DNA of 64,000 nt, taken from NCBI RefSeq assembly GCF_963921235.1, contig NC_086097.1, positions 112,532,001 to 112,596,000 on the forward strand. Direction: 5' to 3'. Source of the stretch: Mobula hypostoma (lineage: Eukaryota). The position numbers and the translations under genes were made by a program. Positions 53,252 to 64,000 of the stretch are shown one piece after another. Position 1 is the first letter of the stretch. Each line of letters starts with the position of its first letter. The notes beneath the pieces are model-generated. The model did no database searches and was not told where the DNA came from. It saw only the letters and a list, made by a program, of their open reading frames with translations.

Positions 53252-54779
53252 AGTGGTGCTAGAAAGCTTGTGAACCCTGTAGAATTTTCTCTGTTTCTGC
53301 ATAAATGTGACCTAAAATGTGATCAGATCTTCGTGTATGTCCTAAAACTAGATAAAGAGAACCCAATTAAACAAATAACACAAAAACATTATACTTGCTT
53401 ATTTAAGTATGTGAACCTTTGCTTTCAGTAACTGGTGTGAACCCCGGTACAGCAATAACTTCAACCAAATGTTTTCGGTAACTGTTGATCAGTCCTGCAC
53501 ATTGGCTTGGAAGAATTTTAGGTTATTCCTCCTTACAAAACTGCTTCAACTCTGGGATGTTGGTGGGCTTCCTTGCATCAACTGCTTACTTCAGGTCCCT
53601 CTGCAACATTTCTATAGGATTAAGGTCAGGAGTCAGCCATTCCAAAACAGAAATTTTCTTCCTTTTAAACCATTCTGTTGTTGATTTACTCTTGTCTTTT
53701 GGTCCATTGCCTTGTTGCATTATCCAACTTCTATTAAGCTTCAGGTGACAGACTACCACCCTGATATTCTCCTGTAAAATATCCTGATACAGTATTAAAT
53801 TCATTGCTCGCTCAATGATTTGCAAGCTGTCCAGGCCTTGAAGCAGAAAAGTGGCCCAAACCATGATGCTCCTTTCACCATGCTTCACAGTTGGGATGAG
53901 GATTTGGTGTTGGTGTACAGTGCCCTTTTTCTTCCAAACATAGCAATGTGCACTTCTGCCAAAAAGTTTAACCTTTGTCTCATCTGTCCACAAAACATTG
54001 TCCCAGAAGTGTCATAGAACATCCAGGTGGTCTTTTGTAAACTTGAGACATGGAGCAATGATTTTTTTGGCGAGCAATGGTTTTCTTCATGGTGTACTTC
54101 CATGGAAACCATTCTCATTCAGTGTTTTTCTTATAATGAGCACATGAACAGAGACTTTACCAAGTTCTAGAGATTTCTGTATGTCTTTTGCTTTTCTCCC
54201 TGGGCTGTTTTTCACCTCTTTCAGCATTGCACATTACGCTCATTCCTAGGGAAAGTAGCAACAGTACTGAGTTTCCTCTATTTGTAGACAATCTTTCTTG
54301 CTGTGGACTGATGAACACTCAAGTCTTTAGAAATGCTTTTGTAGCCTTTTCCAGCTTCATGCACCTCTACAATTTTTCTTCTAAGGTCCTCTAGAAGTTG
54401 TTTCGATCGAGGCATGGTGTATATAAACAGATCTTTGAAGAACAGGCTCTGTCAGTAACTTGACTTTGTGTGACTTTTTATAGGGCAGGACACCTCTACC
54501 ACTCGCACCTCCAATCTCATCTCAATGATTGGAGCGCCTGACTACAAGTAGCTTTTATAGAAGACATTACCCCAGAGGTTCACATAGTTTTTTTCCAATG
54601 TAATATCGCATCGTTTTTCTCAATAAGTAAATGAAAGTATAATGTTTTTGTGTTATTTATTTAATTAGGTTCTCTTTATCTGGTTTTAGGACTTACGTGA
54701 AGATCTGATCACATTTTAGATGATAGTAATGCAGAAATAGAGAAAATTCTACAGGGTTCACAAACTTTCCAGCACACTG
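53252..54779 (-). mobile_element. Decayed Tc1 transposon with long TIRs
   Basis: TIRs longer than 140 bp (GTGCT.GAAAG.TTGTGAACCCTGTAGAATTTTCTCT) with flanking TA. Transposase remnants MPRSKQLLEDLRRKIVEVHEAGKGYKSISK, WTDETK and PDLNPIE. Confidence 0.92.
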
Positions 54780-55009
54780 TAAGTGACATTCACTAATGCT
54801 GGAGGAGGCTTTAATTTAGACAAACGGGTAAAGAGAGCTAAGACATTGTCTCATTTCATCAAAATCTATTTAATCAATGCACATACCTGGCACAGAACTT
54901 TACATATAAGTATTTTGTCAAGTGATTTATCATTTCCATCTATTCTAGCTAAGCCATAACTAATCTATTTTGAAATAGAAGATTAGATTGATTTTATTAT
55001 CTTAAATTT

Positions 55010-55560
55010 TATTAAGATACAGAGGTGAATAGGCCCATCCATCCCTTTGGGCTGTCCTGCCCAGCAATTCCTGATTTAACCCTAACCTAATCAAGGGACA
55101 ATTTACAATGACCAATTAACCTTCCAACCAGTACATCTTCGGACTGTGGGTGGAAAGCAGAGCACCCAGAGGAAACCCACATGATCACAGGGAGAACATG
55201 CAAACTCTTTACAGGCAGTGGTGGGAACTGAACTCGCGTCGCTGGCACTGTAAAGTGTTGTACATTGAAATGTATAGTAAAATCTGTCATTAGCGTCAAA
55301 CTTAAATCAACATGGATTGTGCTGGGAGCAGCCCACAAGTGTCGCCATCATTCTGGTGCCAACAGAGCACGCCCACAACTTATTACCCAAACCAGCATGC
55401 CTTCAGAATGTGGGAGGAAACTGGAGCACCCAGAGGAAACCCATGTGGCCACAGAGAGAATGTGCAAACTCCTTACAGACAGTGACGGGATTTGAACCGA
55501 GGGTAGTGATCACTGGTGTTGTAAAGCAATTATGGTAACCCACAATGCTACAGTACCACC
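55010..55560 (-). mobile_element. Two adjacent V-SINE (HE1-like) copies
   Basis: The V-domain gagtttgcatgttctc.c.gtg....tgggtttcctctgggtgctc occurs twice on the minus strand. Confidence 0.8.
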
Positions 55561-55649
55561 CATTATAAGTACTCCTGAGGGGATTTTCAGACTGAGAGAA
55601 ACATTTTCTCTAAATTCTCCCTGGAACTAAACTAAAAATCTGAAAATTT

Positions 55650-57245
55650 AAAAACTACAGATGCGGATGCTAGAAATCTGAAATAAAAACAACAATGCTT
55701 TAAAAGCTCAGTATGTCAGGCAGCATCTGCACAACACCATACAGCACATGCTGTTTTTCCCCTTATCTTCCCAATATCCAACAGTCCACTCGCTTGCTTC
55801 CAAGTAACAGTTTCTGACTTGTGTATCTTCTAACTTGGTGCTCACAGTGCAGTTTCGTTGACATGGAGATGTGCAAATTTGTGATCAATATGCAGAATAC
55901 CTCTGCTCGATTCACACTGGCGACCTTGCATTCTTGCTTGCCTGTACTTTAATTTTCCGTCCAATTGTTACTCATCCTTGAGGCCCTATATTGGTCAGGG
56001 TTGACCATTGATGCTGTGTCCCAGTGGTCCATGCTATATGCAAGCCAGGGCAGTACAATACGAAGAGCAGGCTGTTGAGAATATAGCAAGCTTCCCCCCT
56101 CTACGCAGCAGATGAATTCAAAGGAATGGCAGAGACTGATACAGTTTGGCACCAGTGGCATCGCAGGTGTTGCAAGTCAGCGTTGAACACAACATAGAAC
56201 TGCCTTAGGGACTCCAGCTCCGGATTTTTCCTCGGGTTGACTCCTGAAGCCTTCCCCATGAGTCGGTATAGCCACAAGGCAGTGGAGGTTTGAGGTCAGA
56301 GGTTTCCTTCTTCGAGGTGAGCTGCCAAAACCACAACTGACAAGCCCCATCTGCCCAAAGTGACTGGTTTTAGCCAGTAACCCACCTTTGCCACTTCTCC
56401 TGCCAGTAGAACCGGTTCCACTGGGCTTAGTAGCTAAGCCATTACATATGTGTTGGGCAGGTGGCCAAGTGGTTAAGGCGTTTGTCTAGTTACCTCAAGG
56501 TCGCTAGTTCGAGCCTCAGCTGTGGCTGCGTGTTTGTGCCCTTGAGCAAGGCACTTGATCACACGTTGCTCCAGTCTGTGCGAGGAGTGGTGCCCACACA
56601 GACTTCCAATCTGCGCCTTGTAGAGCATGAAAATGCCCGACGCAGGCCTCTCATGGTCTGAGTCGACGTTCCCCCTCCCCCATACATAAAGGCCAGAAGC
56701 TGGACAGTTGTCAGAGGCTATTGGAGATGCATAGCATTGGGAACATTTAACAGGTAGTGGGAGCTTATCTCCACTACCAACCCCAACTATAATCTTAAGG
56801 AACCTCTCATGCTATTCCAACAAAGCCAAATAGTGAATTCAGCTATTTCAGATAACTTGTCTTCCCAGTCTGCAACAGAACCCATCAGTTTAGTAAAGGT
56901 AGTGCCATGACTAGCTGGGTATTTGTGGCATTCTACTTGAATAGAAATTTCTGATAATTATACAGGTGCATACCTTACACTTCTTGTATTTTCCTTCTCT
57001 TGGCTCTATGTAGGTCAGCCGCTATTCTATGTGTTTCACCACCCTCTCAGCTGTTATCACCAAAATTCAGCCTCCACTGTATCAGACTTCCCTTTTGTTT
57101 TCTCCACATTCCCCCTTCACTATATATTATCAGAAAATGTTTCTTTTGAAACTTTTCCTGGTTCTGATTATGGGACATTTAATCTGAAACATTTATCTCA
57201 TGAGGGATGCCGACTGACCTGCTGAGTATTTCCAGCATCTTTTAG
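55650..57245 (+). mobile_element. Fragmented Penelope-like element with nested insertions (about 55975-56800)
   Basis: Inverted pLTR head at 55650-55735, a GIY-YIG-like remnant at 55790-55975 and a pLTR end at 57150-57245. Confidence 0.5.
56449..56682 (+). mobile_element. tRNA-derived SINE
   Basis: A box TGGCCAAGTGG and B box GTTCGAGCC followed by a non-tRNA body. Flanked by a TACATA repeat. Confidence 0.8.
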
Positions 57246-57259
57246 TTATGTAACTAAAT

Positions 57260-57808
57260 TGTGACGGTGTAATGCGAAGGGTTCATTTACTTGCTAGTTC
57301 CCCGGTGCTGGTTGTTGTTTGGCCCATTTGAGAGATGCAGGAGCTCTTTCTCATTGGTTGCCTTGCTCACCGTGGCACCAGTGTCCAGTTCTGGGTGCCT
57401 CAGGGGTATAAGAGTAGCATGTACGAGAGACTCACTCTCTATCCTTTGTCTCCAGGGGCTCACCTTCACACTGAGGTCGCGACCAGTAGTGAAAAACCAT
57501 TGGGAAAGTATGCCGCAGATATAGGAGGGCCCACATGCACACTCAGCTGAGTATCTGTACGTTGCATGTTTAGTTTCGTAATTGTGTAGCTTGAGGAGAC
57601 TTAATGAAGTACCTGCTAAGCTTGAGGTGTTACTGAATGCTTAGTATTGTTGTTATGTAACTTAGGGTGGCTTAGATGAGTACTTGTTTGACTTAGATGG
57701 TTGGTCGAATGTCTTAGTGTTTGACTGTAAATAAACAGTTAAGGTGTTTATTCATAATCAGTGTTTTCGTCTCTCTCACCAAACCCGTGAACCTGCTTTC
57801 CTGTCACA
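57260..57808 (+). mobile_element. Solo LTR (549 bp)
   Basis: TGTGAC...GTCACA termini, internal GGGTATAAG and AATAAA, and an imperfect 4-bp TSD AAAT/GAAT. Confidence 0.75.
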
Positions 57809-58581
57809 GAATGGCAATAATTTCTATGTGGCTTTGTTAACAGTTCACAAACAATAAGAACAATAGTGATTAGTAAGAAGATATTTCATTCAAATATGTT
57901 TGAAACAGTTAAGAAATTGATGATTTCAAATTAATAAAAGCCAGATTTTTCAGTCACCGTTAAAGGATATGTGAGAGCTGCCCAGCTTTGACTAGCAGAT
58001 GCATTCTTCCATTGGCCACAGATACGGGAATGCTGCACATTACAAAGTAGCTGCATTGCCACCGATGGTAAGAAGCATCAAAACTTCTTAACTTTCAAAA
58101 TGGAAAATCCTCACTGAGCCACGCTGAGTACAAACCAAGTATAAAGCAGGAAAAAACAGCTAGATTGAATAAATCTGCAGGCAACAAAATAAAGAATAAG
58201 GAATAGTACTGGGAATAAAGAGAGGTGAATAGCTGGAAAGAAATTTGTAATTACCATCACAGATTTTGTTTTGCGCTCATGGGGTTTTATACTCACCCAA
58301 ATTAATCAGCAGTAATTATTACTTATCACATACTTAGAACCCTGATATCACCTGAGAAACTTTATCAGTTAGTTTTAGTGTAGAAATAGTGATTATGTAT
58401 ACAGTGCATAGATTTTAGAGCAATTCTATCACCTAGCACTGTAACATCACAACCTGAGCAGCAGCTTCTACATTACTAAGTTTCATATTATTGCTGTTGA
58501 ATCACTCCTACTGTTATTATTACCACAAAATCCAGCAAGATGCACACTTTCTTTCAGTAAAAAGAAAGATGCTTTTATTAC

Positions 58582-58753
58582 CTCTCCTAAAAATTCACTC
58601 TCTTCTTCTCGAACACGAGCTTGGTCCCACAGGGTGATTTCCAGCATCCGTTCCCGAAATTCCCTCCGATGAACTGGAGAATAAATGAATGTCTGGTTCC
58701 ACTTGGGTTCAAGTGTTTTCTTCACGGTTTTTGTTCTTCGCTTGCTTTTGTCA
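58582..58753 (-). CDS. RIMS2: RIMS2 exon, C2A domain (172 nt): (S)DKSKRRTKTVKKTLEPKWNQTFIYSPVHRREFRERMLEITLWDQARVREEESEFLGE
   Basis: Acceptor ttgctag| and donor GAG|gtaata. The peptide matches RIM C2A. Residues TLEP, FIYSPV, REF, ITL and QARVRE fit RIMS2 rather than RIMS1, from recall. Phase 2 to 0. Confidence 0.95.
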
Positions 58754-59109
58754 CTAGCAAACAATCATAGGACAGAAGTCAGAACTGGAAATGGACTACA
58801 AGAACACAGATTAGAGGAGGACCTACTTATTTTTGATTGTGCGGGTGTATCTGTAAGGACAAACATTTTGATACTGTCTAAGTTCCTGTGGAATCCTCCA
58901 CTGAACTTAAAGAGATGTAAATTATTTCAGTATGACATTACATAAGGAAGAGGTCTGAGGTAGTTAAGGCTTGTCTTCAAATAAATTAGAATTGGACAAA
59001 GGGATGACTACACATAGATGTAATCCATTTCCCACTTTTGAATAAAAATATCCCACCATATTCTAAAGTATTTCTATGACATTTCTAAAGGACACATTTA
59101 TAAATGCAA

Positions 59110-59950
59110 AACAACACACACAAAATGCTGGAGGAACTCAGCAGGTCAGGCAGCACCTATGGAAATGAATAGATAAGTCATCGTTTTGGGCCAAGACCCT
59201 TCTTCAGGACTCACAAATAGATTTATAAGTCCATTCAGGACATATAAATGCAGATTGTATATATAGTAAACATTGAAGAGAATAGTGACAACCTCAAGAT
59301 GATAAGGCAGTTTGGCAGACACATTGCATTTTATACTTAATGCAAAGTATTACATTTTGATCAGATGTGTGAGGAACAGCAATATAAAAAGTACAATTCC
59401 AAAGAGGGTTCATGAACAAAGATATGTGAGTGGTGAATACTGACAGATATTTGAAGGGAGCAGAACAGATCAGAAAATGAGGTTAAAAGCAGCTTGTATT
59501 GAGATGCAGGTGGCTTTAATATCCAAAGGAAAACGGTTATGATGAAGCAACACACAAAAAGGTGGACAAACTCAGCAGCCGAGGCAGTATTGAGGAAGGA
59601 TATTGACATTCAACATTTCGGGTCAAGACTCTTCATTCAGGTTTTTCACCTGGAACCTACCAGCCTTCTCCTTCCCACCCTCCCCACACCTTCTTTATAG
59701 GGCCTCTGCCCCTTCCTTCTTCAGTCCTGACGAGGAGTTCCGGCCTGGAACGTTAACTGATCGTTTCCACGGTGCTGCCCGACCTGATCTGCAGAGTATT
59801 TTGTGTTGACGACTCTTCATTCAGTCCTGATGAAGGTTCTCAACTCGAGATGTCCATCTCCCTTCGTAGATGCCGCTTGATCCACTGAGTTCTTCCAGTA
59901 TTTTATCAGTTGCTCCACATCTCCAGCATCTGCAATTGTTCTTGTCTCTC
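59110..59950. mobile_element. Cluster of Penelope-like pLTR fragments with degenerate hammerheads
   Basis: cagtcctgacga at about 59722 and cagtcctgatga at about 59822. Inverted copies at about 59176-59212 and 59603-59641. Confidence 0.75.
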
Positions 59951-60150
59951 AAAGTCATGGTGAAGCTTATAAAAGTGCTAGTTCAGCCAAAAGCAATTTT
60001 GATTACCACACACTGGTAAAATTATAAAGGCTCTTTGGAGGGTGAGAGAAGAGATCAACCTACACAGTTCAAGGAACACTATGGCTGATGTGTATTTAAT
60101 ATTTCAGTAGTATTTGAGTAATATTGTAAATATACTGTTTAATTAAGCAT

Positions 60151-63069
60151 AATTGTATAAGGGCTAAGAGTGTTGTAAAAGCGAGCCTGAGGGCTTTGTG
60201 TGTCAATGCAAGGAGCATTCGTAACAAGGTGGATGAATTAAAAGTGCAGATTGTTATTAATGAATATGATATAGTTGGGATCACAGAGACATGGCTCCAG
60301 GGTGACCAGGGCTGGGAGCTCAACATTCAGGGATATTCAATATTCAGGAGGGATAGACACGAAAGAAAAGGAGATGGGGTAGCATTGCTGGTTAGAGAGG
60401 AGATTAACGCAATATAAAGGAAGGACATTAGCCGGGAGGATGTGGAATCGATATGGGTAGAGCTGCATAACACTAAGGGGCAGAAAACGCTGGTGGGAGT
60501 TGTGTACAGGCCACCTAACAGTAGTAGTGAGGTCGGGGATGGTATTAAACAGGAAATTAGAAATGTGTGCAATAAAGGAACAGCAGGTATAATGGGTGAC
60601 TTCAATCTACATATAGACTGGGTGAACCAAATTGGTAAGGGTGCTGAGGAAGAGGATTTCTTGGAATGTATACGGGATGGTTTTTTGAACCAACATGTCG
60701 AGGAACCAACCAGAGAGCAGGCTATTCTGGACTGGGTATTGAGCAATGAGGAAGGGTTAATTAGCAATCTTGTTGTGAGAGGCCCCTTGGGTAAGAGTGA
60801 CCATAATATGGTGGAATTCTTTATTAAGATGGAGAGTGACATAGTTAATTCAGAAACAAAGGTTCTGAACTTAAAGAAGGGTAACTTTGAAGGTATGAGA
60901 CGTGAATTAACTAAGATAGACTGGCAAATGACACTTAAAGGGTTGACGGTGGATATGCAATGGCAAGAGTTTAAAGATCGCATGGATGAACTACAACAAT
61001 TATTCATCCCAGTTTGGCAAAAGAATAAATCAAGGAAGGTAGTGCACCCATGGCTGACAAGGGAAATTAGGGATAGTATCAATTCCAAAGTAGAAGCATA
61101 CAAATTAGCCAGAAAAAGTGGCTTACCTGAGGACTGGGAGAAATTCAAAGGGCTTAATTAGGAAGGGGAAAAAAGATTATGAGAATAAACTGGCAAGGAA
61201 CATAAAAACTGACTGTAGAAGCTTTTATAGATATGTGAAAAGGAAAAGATTGGTAAAGACAAATGTTGGTCCCCTACAGACAGAAACAGGTGAATTGATT
61301 ATGAGTAACAAGGACATGGCAGACCAATTGAATAACTACATTGGTTCTGTCTTCACGAAGCAGGACGTAAATAATCTTCCGGAAATAGTAGGGTACAGAG
61401 GGTCTAGTGAGAGGGAGGAACTGAGGGAAATACATGTTGGTAGGGGAGTGGTGTTAGGTAAATTGAAGGGATTAAAGGCAGATAAATCCCCAGGGCCAGA
61501 TGGTCTGCATCCCAGAGTGCTTAAGGAAGTAGCCCAAGAAATAGTGGATGCATTAGTGATAATTTTTCAAAACTCTTTAGATTCTGGATTAGTTCCTGAG
61601 GATTGAAGGGTGGCTAATGTAACCCCACTTTTTAAAAAAGGAGGGAAAGAGAAACTGGGGAATTGTAGACCGGTTAGCCTGACATCGGTGGTGGGGAAAC
61701 TGCTAGAGTCAATTATCAAAGATGTGATAACAGCACATTTGGAAAGCGGTGAAATCATCGGACAAAGTCAGCATGGATTTGTGAAAGGAAAATCATATCT
61801 GACGAATCTCATAGAATTTTTTGAGGATGTAACTAGTAGAGTGGATAAGGGAGAACCAGTGGATGTGGTATATTCGGATTTTCAAAAGGCTTTTGACAAA
61901 GTCCCACACAAGAGATTAGTGTGCAAACTTAAAGCACATGGTATTGGGGGTCAGGTATTGATGTGGATAGAGAATTGGTTGGCAGACAGGAAGCAAGGAG
62001 TGGGAATAAACGGGACCTTTTCAGAATGGCAGGCAGTGACTAGTGGGGTACCTCAAGGCTCAGTGCTGGGACCCCAGTTGTTTACAATATATATTAATAA
62101 CTTGGATGAGGGAATTAAATGCAGCACCTCCAAGTTTGCGGATGACACGAAGCTGGGCGGCAGTGTTAGCTGTGAGGAGGATGCTAAGAGGATGCAGGGT
62201 GACTTGGATAGGTTAGGTGAGTGGGCAAATTCATGGGAGATGCAATTTAATGTGGATAAATGTGAGGTTATCCACTTTGGTGGCAAAAACAGGAAAACAG
62301 TTATCTGAATGGTGGCCAATTAGGAAAAGGGGAGGTGCAAGGAGACCTGGGTGTCATTATACACCAGTCACTGAAAGTGGGCATGCAGGTACAGCAGGCG
62401 GTGAAAAAGGCAAATGGTATGCTGGCATTCATAGCAAGGGGATTCGAGTACAGGAGCAGGGAGGTACTACTGCAGTTGTACAAAGCCTTGGTGAGACCAC
62501 ACCTGGAGTATTGTGTGCAGTTTTGGTCCCCTAATCTGAGGAAAGACATCTTTGCCATAGAGGGAGTACAAAGAAGGTTCACCAGATTGATTCCTGGGAT
62601 GGCAGGACTTTCATATGATGAAAGACTGGATCGACTAGGCTTATACTCATTGGAATTTAGAAGTCTGAGGGGGGATCTTATTGAAACATATAAAATCCTA
62701 AAGGCATTGGACAGGCTAGATGCAGGAAGATTGTTCCCGATGTTGGGAAAGTCCAGAACGAGGGGTCACAGTTTGAGGATAAAGGGGAAGCCTTTTAGGA
62801 CCGAGATTAGGAAAAACTTCTTCACACAGAGAGTGGTGAATCTGTGGAATTCTCTGCCACAGGAAACAGTTGAGGCCAGTTCATTGGCTATATTTAAGAG
62901 GGAGTTAGATATGGCCCTTGTGGCTAAAGGGATCAGGGGGTATGGGGGGGAAGGCTGGTACAGGGTTCTGAGTTGGATGATCAGCCATGATCATACTGAA
63001 TGGCGGTGCAAGCTCGAAGGGCCGAATGGCCTACTCCTGCACCTATTTTCTATGTTTCTATGTTTCTAT
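60151..63069 (+). mobile_element. CR1 LINE with nearly complete ORF2 (APE endonuclease plus RT) and few disablements
   Basis: Motifs [45 protein letters not shown] and RPHLEYC across consecutive ORFs. (TTTCTATG)n tail. Confidence 0.95.
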
Positions 63070-63455
63070 TTAAATAATTATATGTAATATGTAAAAATAA
63101 GTGAATTGCATACATCATGATGCTACTACGTGATATGTGCGCATCTCACTTAAAGTAAAAAATTAATTTAGACTCACATTTCAGACTCCCATGTCGTTGT
63201 TTTAATTAGTTTAATGTTTTGGAGTTTAAAAGAACTTAACAGTGGTGACATGGTATTTTAAAAATGAACTAGAGAAGACTACCAACCTGCTGAAGCTCAA
63301 TAAGACATTTGGGTTTGAAAAAATGCACAGTGAGACATTCAAGTTAAAATAAAGTTGCAGCAAGAAACGGTCAAGTTAGAAAATAAGCCAGACAACAGAA
63401 GAATTCACTGGCTCATAAACATTGAGTACTGAGTGATGATAATCAAAAAGCAGAA

Positions 63456-64000
63456 ATGGCTGGCAACATTGGAAAGATAGACATAATCCATTGTACAGTG
63501 GATAACTGGCTCATGTATATAGAGTGGATCGAGCAGTATTTTAGAGCAAATGAAATAGCCGATGAGAAGCGATTGCCAATTTTGCTGAGTGCATTGGCTG
63601 AAAAAGCATACTGTTTGCTTAGAAGTTTGACTTTTCCAACCAAACCTGCCGAAATGAGCTTTGTTAATATGATGAAAGTAATGCAGGAACATTTACAACG
63701 GAAACCACTGTTGATTGCAGAATGCCTGAAGTTTCATAAGTGGAATCAAAAGGAAGGGGAGTCCATTTCAGTTTACATGATTAAATTGAAGAGATTGTTT
63801 AGGCATTGTTAATTCAGTATTGGCTATGCATCGAAAAATTATTTAGTTTGTGGAATCTTACAAGAAAGCATTCAAAAAACAGCTCCTTAGTGAATCACAA
63901 CCTGCATTTAAAAAAGCAGTTGAAATAGCTATATGAATGGAAACAGCAGACAGAGATGTAACTGAGTTGTAGTCGGGAGTGAAAGTAAGCATGAACAAAA
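63456..64000 (+). pseudogene. Gypsy gag N-terminal remnant
   Basis: W..YIE.IEQYFRANEI...LLSAL...AY.LLRSL..P.KP...FHKWNQKEGESIS pattern. Stop at 63810-63812, then frameshifted. Confidence 0.85.

Larger units (their letters stand above)
60086..64000 (+). mobile_element. Gypsy LTR retrotransposon 5' part: LTR (60086-63241, split by the CR1), PBS and gag remnant
   Basis: The LTR halves match the solo LTR at 35193. The LTR ends in AACA at 63241 and is followed by a PBS-like TGGTGACATGG. A gag-like ORF starts at 63456. The LTR start is approximate. Confidence 0.8.

Noticed and set aside
56455..56530. Possible tRNA gene
   Set aside because: It has A and B boxes but no acceptor-stem closure, and it continues into a SINE body with flanking repeats.
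58582..58753. Assignment to RIMS1
   Set aside because: Diagnostic C2A residues and the downstream exons (VMSSNHCSPSGS, YNTISRMDRHR) fit RIMS2.
60327..61148. 273-aa minus-strand ORF, and similar antisense ORFs over other CR1 copies
   Set aside because: These are antisense shadows of CR1 ORF2.
1..64000. A novel multi-gene system
   Set aside because: All protein-like ORFs I could recognise are explained by RIMS2 exons or known transposon classes.

Overview
This is vertebrate genomic DNA, probably from a cartilaginous fish (ray/shark); that assignment is inferred from the repeat families, not proven. The whole window lies inside a RIMS2 gene on the minus strand. I can assemble five phase-compatible core exons covering the C2A domain C-terminal half and the start of the alternatively spliced 'site B' region (58582-58753, 40051-40204, 15494-15565, 13995-14151, 11855-11959). 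I also find a 66-nt cassette exon (10059-10124) and a 27-nt microexon (36379-36405), both with downstream Rbfox-type (T)GCATG motifs, plus weaker microexon candidates. The introns hold many CR1 LINEs, Rex1/Babar LINE fragments, two decayed Tc1 transposons, a Tc1-derived MITE family, a Harbinger derivative, solo LTRs, the start of a Gypsy element, tRNA-derived and V-SINEs, and Penelope-like pieces. One Penelope-like piece is a 340-bp palindromic insertion carrying a minimal hammerhead ribozyme. I found no convincing new multi-gene system. The best leads are the small exons and the hammerhead hairpin.
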